From Adineta vaga (taxonomy: Eukaryota; Animalia; Rotifera): a DNA stretch of 64,000 nt. The notes below the pieces were generated by a model. It ran no database searches. It saw only the letters and a program-made list of their open reading frames with translations, and was not told where the DNA came from. Position numbers and translations under genes: made by a program. This document shows positions 1 through 13,200 of this stretch, piece by piece; within the stretch, counting starts at the first letter, position 1, and each line of letters starts with the position of its first letter. Location of the stretch: the NCBI GenBank assembly GCA_021613535.1, contig CP075495.1, positions 7,564,001-7,628,000 of the forward strand, written 5' to 3'.

Positions 1-782
1 TTGTCAATTTCGAAAGGTGATAATCAAGCAGAAATTCTTATTAAATAGAACAATCTTCTAATCATATCATTATTCAAAATTCATCGATATCTATGTCAAG
101 AACATGCTTGTCTGTAGAACATAGATATGGATATAACATTCATTGACCTATATATACATGAAATATAGAATCGAACAATGTATGGCGTAATCATTATTGT
201 GATAACGATGTTATTGCACTATTGTTCCACTTGGATTAGAAAACAGATTTGTACAATAGAATGAATATTATCAAACAATCTAAATGATAGTAGTTATTAC
301 GTGCCTGTTTGACCCATCTTTTTCTTCTCTTTTTTGATAAGCAATCTTGTTTATGTATTGATATAGATATAGAATATATATTAATCTATGATTCAAGTTG
401 AAAATCAGTAACATTTTCAACATATTTGTGATCGATTCTAAAAAAAGCTTTTCTTCAAATTGAGATTGTGATATAATTGTAAATCATACTTATGTACACA
501 AATATTTTAAGTATTTGACATGTTTTGATTGCATCAGATACTGAATGAGTATTCACTCTCTCTCTCTCCCTATGATGAAATTTCTATTGAAATACTTTTC
601 GATGTTTATCGAATATGTATGCAAGTATATTTTATATTTCCATCATCAAAAACCAAAAAGAAAAAAGAAATTCCCGTATATACACAAAATAACTGCACAA
701 ACTTCATTAAAGAAAATTATTAATCATTGTTGAAATGAGAAACAAACAATAACAAAAACAAGAAGAAGTAGAAAGTATGAAA

Positions 783-3700
783 TCATGTTCGTCGATAGCA
801 TGCTCGCACCCACTGTTGATCATCATGTTGTATACGTACAATTAATTCACGTAATTCAGTATATGTTCGTTCGAGATCATTATTAATTAAAATAGAATCA
901 AATAATAAATAATGATGTCTTTCAATGGATCGACTTTGTCGTATTATTTCTCGATAATCATTATCAGTCAAATGATCACGACGATCTAATTCTAAACGTT
1001 TTAAACGTTCAAACGATGGAGCAGCAATACAGATGATAAATGGATAGAGATCTGTCTTATAAAATGTTCGTATTGCATCTGGATTTAAATTTAATATACA
1101 AATTTTTTGTTTTGCTGAAACAACATGACGAATATCATCGATAGATGTGCCATATAAATCTCGATCATATTGACCAAATTCGACAAATGCATGATTTGCA
1201 ACTTTAGAGAGAAAATCAGTTTCTGATACAAAATGATAATCAATATCAGTTATTTCATGAAGACGACGAGTACGTGTCGTATGTGGAATGGCAACATCGA
1301 AAAGATTTGGTTCAGTTTGAAGAAGACGACGACGTAATTCATGTCGACCAACATTCGGAGCACCTAGAATAAATATTCGTTTAGTATTCTTATAAAATTC
1401 AGAAGAATGTAGATGAATTTCTATTTTATTCACTTACCTAATAGAACAATTGGCCGTGTCATTTGATGTGTGGAAAGATCAAGATGAAAGACAGGTTCAT
1501 AGAAACGAAATGTATCTAATATCGATAAATCAGGAGTCATGTCTTTATTATCATTTATAAATGCTTCATTTGTCTGTGATGGTGGTGATGATGTTGATGG
1601 TTGTTCTTCTCCGATTTGTCGAGTATCTGTTAATGAAAAATGATTAATCGATGGTCGAATTGTTGGTGTTTCGTGATCATCAATTTCACGTAAAAATGAT
1701 GCATTATTATAAACAGGATGTAAAATCTTTCTTTCTTTCTTTGGTACACAAGGAAGACACAATTCATGTTTTTTCTTTTTTCGATTCTTTTGACAAAATA
1801 TGGAGGTTGAAGTTCTTGATGATATTGATTCTGTTTCATCACTAACAGCTTTAATTAATGCTGTACGTTTCTGTTGTAAACCATCGGATGGTACAAGACC
1901 TGCTAAACATGGATCTGTATCTGTCTCTGTGGAATTTTCACGATAAGCTTGCCACCAACTAACTGAAGATTCATGGGATTTGAGGAAATTTTCTTCACGT
2001 GCAACAATACGTAAAATATCACCACGTTGAAACATCAGACCAAGTTCTTTACATGGTAATAATGGATCATTATATGGATCATATGCATATAAAGCACGAA
2101 CATAGAATGTTTGATAGGAAATTTGATTATTATGAATTGATCCGGAATATAATGGTGGAGCAAGAAGAAATTTAATTAAACCAGTCGTAGTTGACATTAA
2201 TGAACAGACGTAATCTAATGAACGACCTGTAATAGATTCATCATTAATTTCCAGTATGCGATCATTAATTTGAAAGAGTTGTGTATTTGCTGCAATACCA
2301 CCGACAACAATTCGAGCGATATGTATTGTACCCGAATCTGAACGAGATATTGTTAAACCTAATGGTTCATGATTTTTTTCAATTTTAACAATTTTCAATT
2401 CGTCAATTGCATACTGAGATAATTTCAATAATTCTTCTGTTGTTTCGGAATTATTTAATTTCATTTCGATATTTTCATCATGATGAGTCATTTGTTCGTC
2501 TGTATCAGGTAAAGCAGGTGGATAAAGACGTAATTTTAAAATATTATCAAATGTTTTGAAAAGACTTTGAATTTCTGTTCGACGTAATAGTGATAAACAT
2601 GTTTTTAAATCATTAAGCATATCAAATAAAGATGGTGATGAAGATCGTGTTGCACTAAAAGTAAAATTTCGTGTAGAAATTATCATCGATCTTTAAACTC
2701 CTTTTTCTCTTAGTAAAGTTAGGTCACCTAATTTCAACATATCTTTACTTTGATATTCAGCGTAAGCTTAGCAATCAAATATTATACTTTTCTCTATAGA
2801 CATTGACAATTAACCTCATTAGTAGATAGAAATAATAAGCGACATCAAACGTGAACTCTACTTTCGATTTTTCAGAATAAATAATAACATACTTTTCATC
2901 AAACATTTGAATTTCAGTATCGATTAATTTCTTTTCAATTAATCCGATAAAATCATCGACTATGTCTTTAAAATCTCGTTCACCATCATTATTATTCATG
3001 ATAATTTCATGAAATAAATCCATAGAACAACCAGTTGCTTGAGTAACAATAGGTAATATATGTAGACTTTGTTGTAATGGACCTTGTTGTGCTATTTCAC
3101 GTAAACGACCAATATCTTCTTTAATCTGATCATCATCCATGTTTAATATTTGTTGAGTTCGATCCAATGTGGTATAGATATCGTCAATTGATATAGTTAA
3201 AATGGGTGATGAAGCACAATGATGTGCACTTGTTGATAAACTACTACTTCGACTAGAAGAATCTGTTCGAATTAGATCGTTATCATGAATATTCTTCTTC
3301 TTTTGAATACCACCACGATGTGTTGACAAGGTACAATAAGCTTCATCAGATGTTTGTGCATCAGGAGATGATCGACTTAAATGACTACTACCACGACGAC
3401 TACTTCGACGAAGTAACGAGTCTCGTTCAAATGCAGTAGGGAGTTGTTTATTCTAGGAATAACATAAGTATATAGAAACAGTGAATAAATCAGTAAGCGA
3501 ATGAAGAGACAACAATGAAGAATGATTATATTGACAAGAAGTAAATGAAAGAAGTTTAGCTTTTAAATAGTGAGAAAAAAAATCCTCGATTTACTAATGA
3601 ATGAAAAAAGAATGTGTTGTAGAAGACAGTAACTTACGAGTGGTTTAAGTCGAAGTAATTCAATGCATTCCACCTTGGAGGCAACAATGTGATGGTCGAC

Positions 3701-3921
3701 GAAATCTTCTTTTGTCGGTGACGAGACATCAAATTCTGCGGGAACATCAACTAAAATGTAGACTAATGATCAACATTCTTGTTTCATTTTCATTATCACA
3801 AACCTGCTCGTTCTCCACCTAACCATTGAATAATTCTTGCTGTTTGATGATTATGTTCTTCTTTGATTTTATTAGTACCACCATGATTGCTAGTATTAAT
3901 CTTGTCGGCTATGGCTACCAT
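783..3921 (-). CDS. PALS1: MAGUK p55-family polarity scaffold (PALS1/MPP5/Stardust-like): PDZ-SH3-HOOK-GK, multi-exon
   Basis: PDZ (KIVKIEKNHEPLGLTI...IARIVVGG...DRILEIN), SH3 (VRALYAYDPYNDPLLPCKELGLMFQRGDILRIV...WWQAYR) and GK (GAPNVGRHELRRRL...AIPHTTR...DYHFVS...EFGQYDRDLYGTS...QQWV). Spliced N-terminal exons (ATG 3921) give ERAVDVPAEF, resembling the PALS1/Sdt Par6-binding ECR1 motif (EMAVDCP). Internal exon borders approximate. Confidence 0.85.
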
Positions 3922-6900
3922 TTCGTGTATGATCAAATGTTCATTTTATGTCGCAAACTTTACTTGCAATCCTACATCAAAGATCAAGGATGAATATTTT
4001 TTCTCACGTAATGAGCTATGAACGCGTGCTTCTACTCCCACTATTGAACAGAAGAATATGTTAAGACATGGTTAAACATTAGTTCGTAGATCTTTTTCTT
4101 CTTTCTTTCAGATGCAAAAAAAAAAGTAAACTATCAAACGAAAAGGAATATTTTTTCGCGTACATACACGTATATATAAATTGATACAATTTCACAATTG
4201 CTACTGACAGTTCATATAAATGAATCAAGACATATGAGATAAGATTTGTGAAAAAAAAATTAGATAGACACGAACAACATCAGTGAGTCTAAGCTCGATG
4301 CAAACAATAATGTTAGCTTTCAATAATTGAACTAATGTCGTCTGTCTTGTCCCGCTTAATCTCACATACACGTCGGTCACTGTCGTCTGCTTTGAATATA
4401 TATATATATCATCAATCTGAACTACTTTAATTATTGTTACTTACCTTGACCAAGAAGAGAAAAAGTGTCAACCTTTTCTTCTTCTTCTTCTTCTTCTTTT
4501 TTTCGTTTCGTCTTATTTTTTTTCCCTCTCTTATGAAATGACTGAACATCGAGACGATCGTGTGAGTCATTACGAAAAGAAAAGAAAACAATCGAGTGTC
4601 ATTCGTCCCTACCGATGATTGTCGTCGTCTTCATATTCTCTTTCATTACAACATTTTCCTTACCTTTTTCTTCTCGATATCCTCCATGTGGAACACAGAT
4701 ATATACCATATATGAACACGAAAAGAGAATGAATTATTTTTCTATCCTTTCGATTCTGTATGGTTGTATGTGTGGGTGTATGTGAAAAGAAAAGATGATG
4801 CTTCGAGTATGAAAACAACCATCTCCTTTGGTTAGAAAGAAGTGACTAGGAAAAGAAAAAGACTTTCAAGTGCATTATTGAGACAACATATACGAAAAGA
4901 AAACTATATAATAACATTCATCATCAATTGATTAAAGTTAAAAAATGATTGATACGAACACTTGAAAGTTTTTCTTAGTAAAAATAAGTAAATGATATTC
5001 AAATATCACAAATGAAGTCTTTCCAAGTATTACATCATATGGTGAACAAATAACAATCTTTTTATAATTCACAATCAAACTTGTTTGTTTTACAGAAACG
5101 ATTCTGATTGATCAATAATGAAAGCTTTTTTTTCAGAACAACAACGAAAGAATAGACTAATTGACTATGCACATTTATTGATTACGTATTTCGTTTATAG
5201 TAAAAGATCAATTAGTTCGAGTAATTTACACTTTCATTTGACAGTTTGTTCAATAATCATACGAATAACTAATGAATCATTTCTGTCTTTGATTCGTCAT
5301 CACCATCTAAAACAATAATATCAACTTGTAGTGGTATCAGATGGAATTATTTATTCATTAACAGCATATGCTCATTGTTAATGAAAGAACTATGTATTCT
5401 TTTGTAAAATTCTGATTCTTATATATTTTTAAATAGATCAAATGAAGTAGAATGTACATAATTCAAAAATGATTTCAGTTTCATGCATTATTCACGTTAT
5501 ATTCATTAATGGACACCACGTTGTCTATTGTATATTCATGTAGTAATTTTTAACTTTTATTTTACATTAAAACTAAATGTTATGAAAAGAAAGGAACTTA
5601 TATCATGATCAGTTCAGATATCAAACTATGAAATTTAGTAACCATATCATCCGACATTGATATATATATATATATCGATAGAATGAAAATGTACTTCTGT
5701 TCTTAATATTTCAAATGATTGTAACATATTTGAAAGAGGAGGAGTTACATCTTTTACTCAATGATTACTTATCTGTGTCTTATACAAAGTAGTTTGGAAG
5801 GATTAATTTTGAACAAAACATGAATGTTAAAAATATTTGTATAAAAAAATATCACAAATGATTATTGCATAACTAAAACGTGATTTCTTATTTCTTCGTC
5901 ATACATACGATAAAAAGAAACGTAGACAGTAGACTCCATTTCTCACCATTTTGTTATTTAATATATTGTGTTATTCTACCATCGTTCATCTATTAATGGT
6001 ATACATCATGTGTGACGAATGGAACAGACATATGAACACATGTTTCCAATTATCATCTTCAATTGAGTAATAAGAAATAACATATATAAAATGATTACAA
6101 TTACAATTTCGAATTCGTTTTTCTTTATTATAAACGTTTTATAGATATCAATTTTTTCGAATAATAAATGTTCGAGTTGAATACAACATTCGAGAAAAAA
6201 CTTTCCATTTGTATTGTAAACTGACAAGGAAATAATTAGTGTTATAGAATTATTATTAAATATTTTACGCGAGATCCTTTTATATCTTCAAGGTTTTGTT
6301 AACCTTTATAAAATTTAGTGGAGCAATTTGAATACATGAGAAAAGAAATCTATTAACTTTCATTGAATATCCATGAAAAATTCAATAAAAATAAAACAAA
6401 AGAATGTTATTAATTCCAAGTAGATAGATATACTAATAATGAAGTCAAATGAATGAATTTATTTTAAATAACAAGGTTAAACATATACACAAATATGAAA
6501 TTTCACAATTTGTCTCTCGAATCTCTTCGTGTTTTTTCTCTCTCTCGAATTTCTCTCAAGAAGATAAACAAAAGATCAAAGACAAACATGGAATGCTATT
6601 ATTAATAAGAATCGAAATATTTTTATATCTCTATCTCTCGAGTTCTCATTCGAAATAAGTAAAAATTTTTTTTGTCAGATGTATACACTGTTTTTTTTTC
6701 TCATTTATTGCACGCGCATACAACACCGAAATAATGACATACAAACAAGAATTGTTGTTGTTTTGTTCTAATAAAAAAAAACCAAAGAAAACACACATAC
6801 ATAGATAGAAACGAAAAGCAATACAAAGAAGAGAAAACAAAAATCGATTACATATCACTGAAATCTCAAAAACAAAATGTCATTGTATGTGAATCATGGG

Positions 6901-7266
6901 ACTTCTTCTTTGTGGTGGTTTCTTTTTCTCTCTCTCTCTTTCTTTTTTATAATACACTTCTTGGAGCAACTGAGTGCGTTACGACTAGTTCGAATGCTTG
7001 AGCAATATTCACACAGTACATAGAAACATAGAGAAATATATGCAATAGAACAAAACGAACAACAACAAAAGACAGAGAAAAACCATGTTGAGCAAAGCAA
7101 GCAACTAAAAACGAAGTCTTTCACAAGACGACAAAGAAGAAAAAATTACAAGATCACCAAATGTTTTTTTTTTCAAAATATCACCTTGGCTAGATAAAAT
7201 GAATGCAACGCAAAAGAAATCAAAAGTAAAAGACATTCTTTTTTTGTTTGCTTGTTTTTTCATTTC

Positions 7267-10200
7267 TCAGGTGAGAATATCAACAAAAGTTGTTGATTCA
7301 TTCGTTGTTTGGTTTGTTTCATCATTACTGTCAATATCTAATCGTATTGCATTTGGTTGAAATTTTTTGGCCAAATGATTATTGTTGTTATTATTATTTG
7401 TGACAATTTTTTGTGGAACTGATTTACGTTTTTTACTACTACTACTACTACATGAATTTGATATTGATGAAACAGGAGGAGGAGTTTTTTGATTATCAAT
7501 TAATGAAACAATATTGGTTGATGTTGCTGATAGACCAAGTGGACTTGTTGAACTGTTCGAATCATTCGTACCATTAAGCCATGAACTAGTTTATTAAATA
7601 GAAAGAGAATAAAGAGATACTAATAAAAAATTGTCTTTGTTTTTGTTTACCTTGTTAATGGTACAATAGTTGGTAAGATTGAATAATCATCTTCGTCATC
7701 ATCATCATCATCATCATCATTTGGGTTATTGTTATTATTATTATTGTTATTATCATCAATATCATCTTCATCATCACTTTGGGCAGGTAATAAATCATCG
7801 TTTAATAATGATGAGGTTGGATATTTACTTGTTGGACTGGATAATGGACGTATATTAGTCTTCGCTCTCATACGAGAATTATGAAACCAATTAGCAATTT
7901 TATTCATTGGTAATGATAAATCAGTAACTAATTGTTCTAATGTTGCTTGAGATGGATAGGGTTCATTTTCAAATGTTTGTTTTAACACACGACGTTGTTC
8001 ATCAGTGAATAAATATCGACGTTTTGGACGATTAGCTGTTGTAGAAGCATTGTTATTACCACTTTCAGAATCGCCATTATCTGCATGGGATATTGCTGCT
8101 GGTGGAGCTGGAGGACGCGAACGACGTAGAGCTAAGAAAAGAAAAATAATTAAATCTGATGAGCAGTTTCTCTATGATTTAGCATCAATAACTTTCTACA
8201 AAACATTGTAGATATTCTACTATAAAATTCAATTTACCATCACGTTCTCGCTTCCATGCAAGTAATTTTTGTACATTGTCTGTATCATTAAACCATGTAT
8301 ACATACGCATGTATGGTTCACGTCCCTTAACACTTAATGAGTGCCACGGGCGAGGTTTCGATAAAATTTCACTAACAGTTCCTTGGGAAAGATTAAGTAC
8401 TGCTTCACCTGAAAAACAGCAAGACCGTTTGAAATATTATAATAAAGATTTATACATACCAAAGACACGTTGTCCAATACTATATGCGAAAAGAAGTTCA
8501 CGTACTTGCGAACTTAATTGTTCAGTATCGATTGAACCTATTGAAATTAAAACAAAACAATTGTTTTCAAAATTAATAAAAAAAAAGGATTAATCTATTA
8601 CTTGGCAATGTTATTTTTGGTAATTCATATGGTGCTAACAATGGATTTGCTGTTGAATGTCGAGATGGATTGGGTGTAGATTTATCGTTATTAGTTTTTG
8701 AGCTTTTTGAGCGAGATTTTGATTTATTGGAATTATTTGTGATACCATTTGATGGTGATGATGATACTGTTGCTGCTGCTGTCGATAGTGTTGATGTAAA
8801 TGGTGTATTTTCATTTGTTGCGATATGTAATGAATCATTATTTGATTGTGAATCGGTGGAATTATCTCTTGTTAAGAGATTATTTGAATGAAAACCATTT
8901 AATGTTGAATTCGATAGAAGTGATGGCGTAGTTAAAACTGATGATGAAGTTGATAATGTTGATGATAAAGGTGGACAGAATGTTGGTAATAATATGGAAC
9001 TTGTATTAGTTGTTGGCGCGGTTGTAACAGTTTGAACAAGTTGTTTGATTGCATTTGGATCATCAAGAAAAATACGCATACGAAGAAATGGTTCTCGACC
9101 TTTCTGTGTCAACAGTTCCCATTGTTTTGGTCGAGCAAGAATATCACTAGAAATTAATTATATTTATTTATCCCATGGAATTTTATGACTTACCTGACAC
9201 TGCCCTGAGATAAGCCAAGAATTTTTTCGCCAAAATGTCGTTGTGATATACTATAACGACTAAGAATATCTTTTACTGTTTGTACTAATTCTATTGTATT
9301 GACGTAACGATATTTGGATGTATCTTGTTCACGTAATGGTGTTAAAGCAGTTTTAATATGTTTCGTCGATGATGATGATGATGATGATGATATTGGTTGT
9401 AGTTGTTTATTGTTGGATAATCTCATTAAAGATGATTCAGAATCATGATGATTTGAATCAAATTTCATACTTAAATCAAGTGGAATTTCATCTGAACTAG
9501 TTGGATTTTCATCATCCATATCATCATCATGGTCATTCCTATCATCATCTCCATCAACATCATCATCATCATCATCATCATCATCTTCGTCATCATCGTC
9601 CTGATTTCCTTGTTCACTTTCTTCATCAGTTTGAATTGGTATTGGAAATGCTGGTTGAAATTGTTTAAGTAAATCATTATTTCGAACAATTTCTTGTAAC
9701 ATTAACCAATTTCGATAATTATCTGGTTGATGACAGAGTAGATTGAATGGTGATGACATCGAACAATCGATTAAATTTCCTGCTATAGATGGTGTAGGCA
9801 ATTCATTTTTCAGGCCATTTGCTGTTCGCATTAGTAATGATGGTACGAATGCAGAAAGCATCGACAGAGATGTTGGTGTAGCGTTTGATGAAGATGTTGC
9901 GAGTGGTGGCGGTGCAATAGGATGTAAAAATTGTTGTTGCTCCAATGCAATTGAATCATTTAGAGGAGAATTTGCTGTAGACGAAGCTGATGATGAAGAC
10001 GGTGTTTTCGATTCAAGTGAGTTGGATGGATCATTGGGTAGAGAACTACATGGAGATAATGAAGATTTTTGTTCCTAAAAATTTAAAAGTAGAATTTTAT
10101 TTTTATAGATGATTTGTTATATTGAAATATGAATATCATGCAATACAACGTTAGTACATTTGTCTAGGAGAGATATTAATTCAATGCATGATATGAAACG

Positions 10201-13200
10201 ATGGACCAAAATTATGCCTCATACTCATCCGGAAAAGAACTGTACGAAGAATTTTGTATAGGTGAAAAACTTACCATATTTGCTGCTGCAGCAACGGCTG
10301 CTGCTATTTGTTGTTTTTGAGCATCGGCTAAAATTTGTTCAATTTTTTTATGTGTTGCTGGATCGGTATGTTTAGTACTAACAGCTGGATATGGATTGTC
10401 CTTGGAGCCTATAAACATACAGATAGAAGAAAATAGCATTGTTTTGAAAACAATCAATTAATTGTTACTTACGATTATTCATTCCTTTACGTGGACTAAT
10501 ACTTTTCAATGTTAGAATACTTTCTTCTGAATTGGCCCAACACCACATTTTTCGATAACTTTCTTTACCTTTTTCCGTTAGTTTTGACCAACATTTTGGT
10601 TTTGATAATAATTCACTAACTGTACCTTGGGATAAACTTAAAATATATCGAGCAAATATTCGTTGGCCAATATTATGTTGTGCAAGAAGTTTTCGTACAA
10701 CATTTGCAACATATGTTGTATCAAGTGGTTCAAGTAAACTACTCATATTATTAGTAGTGGTAGTAATAGTAGTATTTGTTGATAGAGTAGAACCCGATGA
10801 TGGGACAAGAACTGTTGGTGATAGTGATGGCTTTGGTGACGATTGTTTTGATGATTTAATTACTGTTCGATTATCTGTAGATGTTGTTGCAATACTTGAA
10901 ACACCTGATGATGTAGATAACGGTGGACTCCAAGATGATGTTGGTGGACAATGAAGTTTTGTACATAGGACGGATGAAAGTTGCTGACCTAATTACAGAA
11001 GAAGAAAATAAGTTAATAAGATTTTTTTGTTATATATGTATTACCTGGAAAGAGACTGGACGGTGTTAATGACGTTGTTGTTGTCACTGATGAAAGAAGT
11101 GACGCTGTCGGAGTCACCATTGTTGAACATGATGAAGCCATGGATGGATATTTTGAAGTTGTTGGATTACATAATTGAATATTATCTTTTGATGAAATAA
11201 TTGAAAGTGATTGTGGTACTGATGGAAGAAATTTTGAGGTAGAATCATTGAATGATCGTGTTGTATCTTCAGTACCATTACAAGTTGTTGTTGACTGTGG
11301 ATGAGGTTTCAAATAAATTTGAGAAGGTGATGAAGGTGATGGAGATGAATTCGACGACGACGAAGAAGTTGATGATGAAAGAAGAGATGGTACAGGTAAA
11401 AATGGAGTAGTTGTTCGGTGGAAACATGCTGAAGTACAATGAAGGCATGACTGTTGACCATGTTGTTGATTTGTATCATCTAAAGAGAAGAAACAAAATC
11501 GTAATTTTTTTTTCTTCTTCTCTTATGCATTTCATTTCTACATAGATGATTAGAAAGTGATTAAAAAATGAACCAATCAAGAAAGAATTCGTTGCACCTA
11601 CTTTCACAATCAATCTGAGATGTTTTCATTGCAACTGGTTCAGTTTTTAAAGGTCGATTTTTGTCTAATAGTAAGATTTCTAAAGCTTTTTTTGGCAGAT
11701 TTTCTGTTTGATCAACATTTATGCGCGTTTGTGTGGATAATTCTGTTGATTTTAATATTCTAAAAGTGATGGAAACATACTTTCTTTTCGACTTAATATA
11801 AAAGGTAAATCTGTCACTCACGTCAATTCTTGTTTGATTTCTTCATAATCGGCTTGACTTTGCAATTTACTTTCTAATTGTGCAATTAATTTTTCTCTTC
11901 CACTTACAGCATTTTCAAGATCAGAAATCTAAAATAGTCATTATCAAATTCAATATGAATCATTTCGAAGTTCTTTTCTTTTCTTTTCTTTTCTTTTTGT
12001 TCTGCCTACCTGAGTAACTGATGTTTCTTTTAGTTTAATCAATGTTGATTGTAATTTTTGTGTTTCTCCAACAAGTGTAGCTATTTGATGTTCTTTAGAG
12101 ACTAATTCATGCTCAAGTTTTTCACGCAATTTCCGTTCTGTTTCTTCTTGTGAAATCAATTCATCAGAATTTGTATTTGTTGAATGTATTTGGTCAACAT
12201 CTTCACGTAATTTATCAACTAATCGTTCAGCATCGGATGTTCTCTAAATATTTCAATCAATGAATGAAAAGAAAAAGAAGAAATTTTGTACTGTCATTTA
12301 CTTCATGTGTTTGTTGCAAATCTTGATTAAGAATGTCAAGATCAGATGAACACGTATTTGTCGTATTTTCTAACATATCTTGATGGCGATGATCTAATGC
12401 TGATTGATGAATTTCCATTTGTGCATATTTTATTCGACGAGTCAATTGATGGTTTTTATCAGCTAGACAAAAAAAAGGCAAATGTAAAAGCACAAATAAA
12501 GAAAAATAAAATCTATTTATTTAGATGATTGTCTTATCAGTTTTGAAACTAAAAAATAGTAGGAGAAGAAAAACGATATACATACCGAAGATATGTTGAA
12601 AGTCTTCGTTGTTTCTGATATGATTCTAGAAGAGAAAAGAAGAAAAGAAATAGAAATCATTTGAAAAAAAAAGAGATTTTCATTTCTTTTTTCAATAAAA
12701 GAATAATTATTGTCTCAAACTCAATAAACTCACTTCGTTATATATTTTTATTCTTTTCAATAGAAAAACTTTCTCCTTCCGGTTAACGTCTTTTAAAAAA
12801 TTTACTTCGGTTTTATTATTCTTTTATATTATCGAAATAGAATTTTTTTTTCTTTTCTTCGCTGTTTCTTTCTCTTTCTCTCTATATATCTCTCTCTCTC
12901 TCTCTCTCTCTTCCTTTCTAGCATAGAAAAGTAAAATTATGAAGGAGAAAAAAAAGAGATAAAATTTACCAATGTTTTTTCTTCTAAATCTTTGATTTTA
13001 TCACGTAATTGCTTAATTGATAAGGCTTAAAAGAAATTTCGTTTAGTGTTTTATAGAAACAGTTTTTTCCTAATCTTACCTGAGATGTTTACATCTGCGA
13101 ATTGATCTAAATAAAAAATTGATTGAACGATGATTTTTAGAGATGATTTGTGATTTTTTTACCTAATGAATGTGAAATTTCTAGATCAGTTACTTTTTCA

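Noticed and set aside
173-230. miR-92-like TATTGCACT with a weak upstream complement
   Set aside because: Pairing is too irregular for a pre-miRNA; a chance match is likely in AT-rich DNA.
7670-10954. Poly-His, poly-Met and other alternative-frame or antisense ORFs over CUX
   Set aside because: Shadows of the (GAT)n and Ser/Thr-rich coding sequence.
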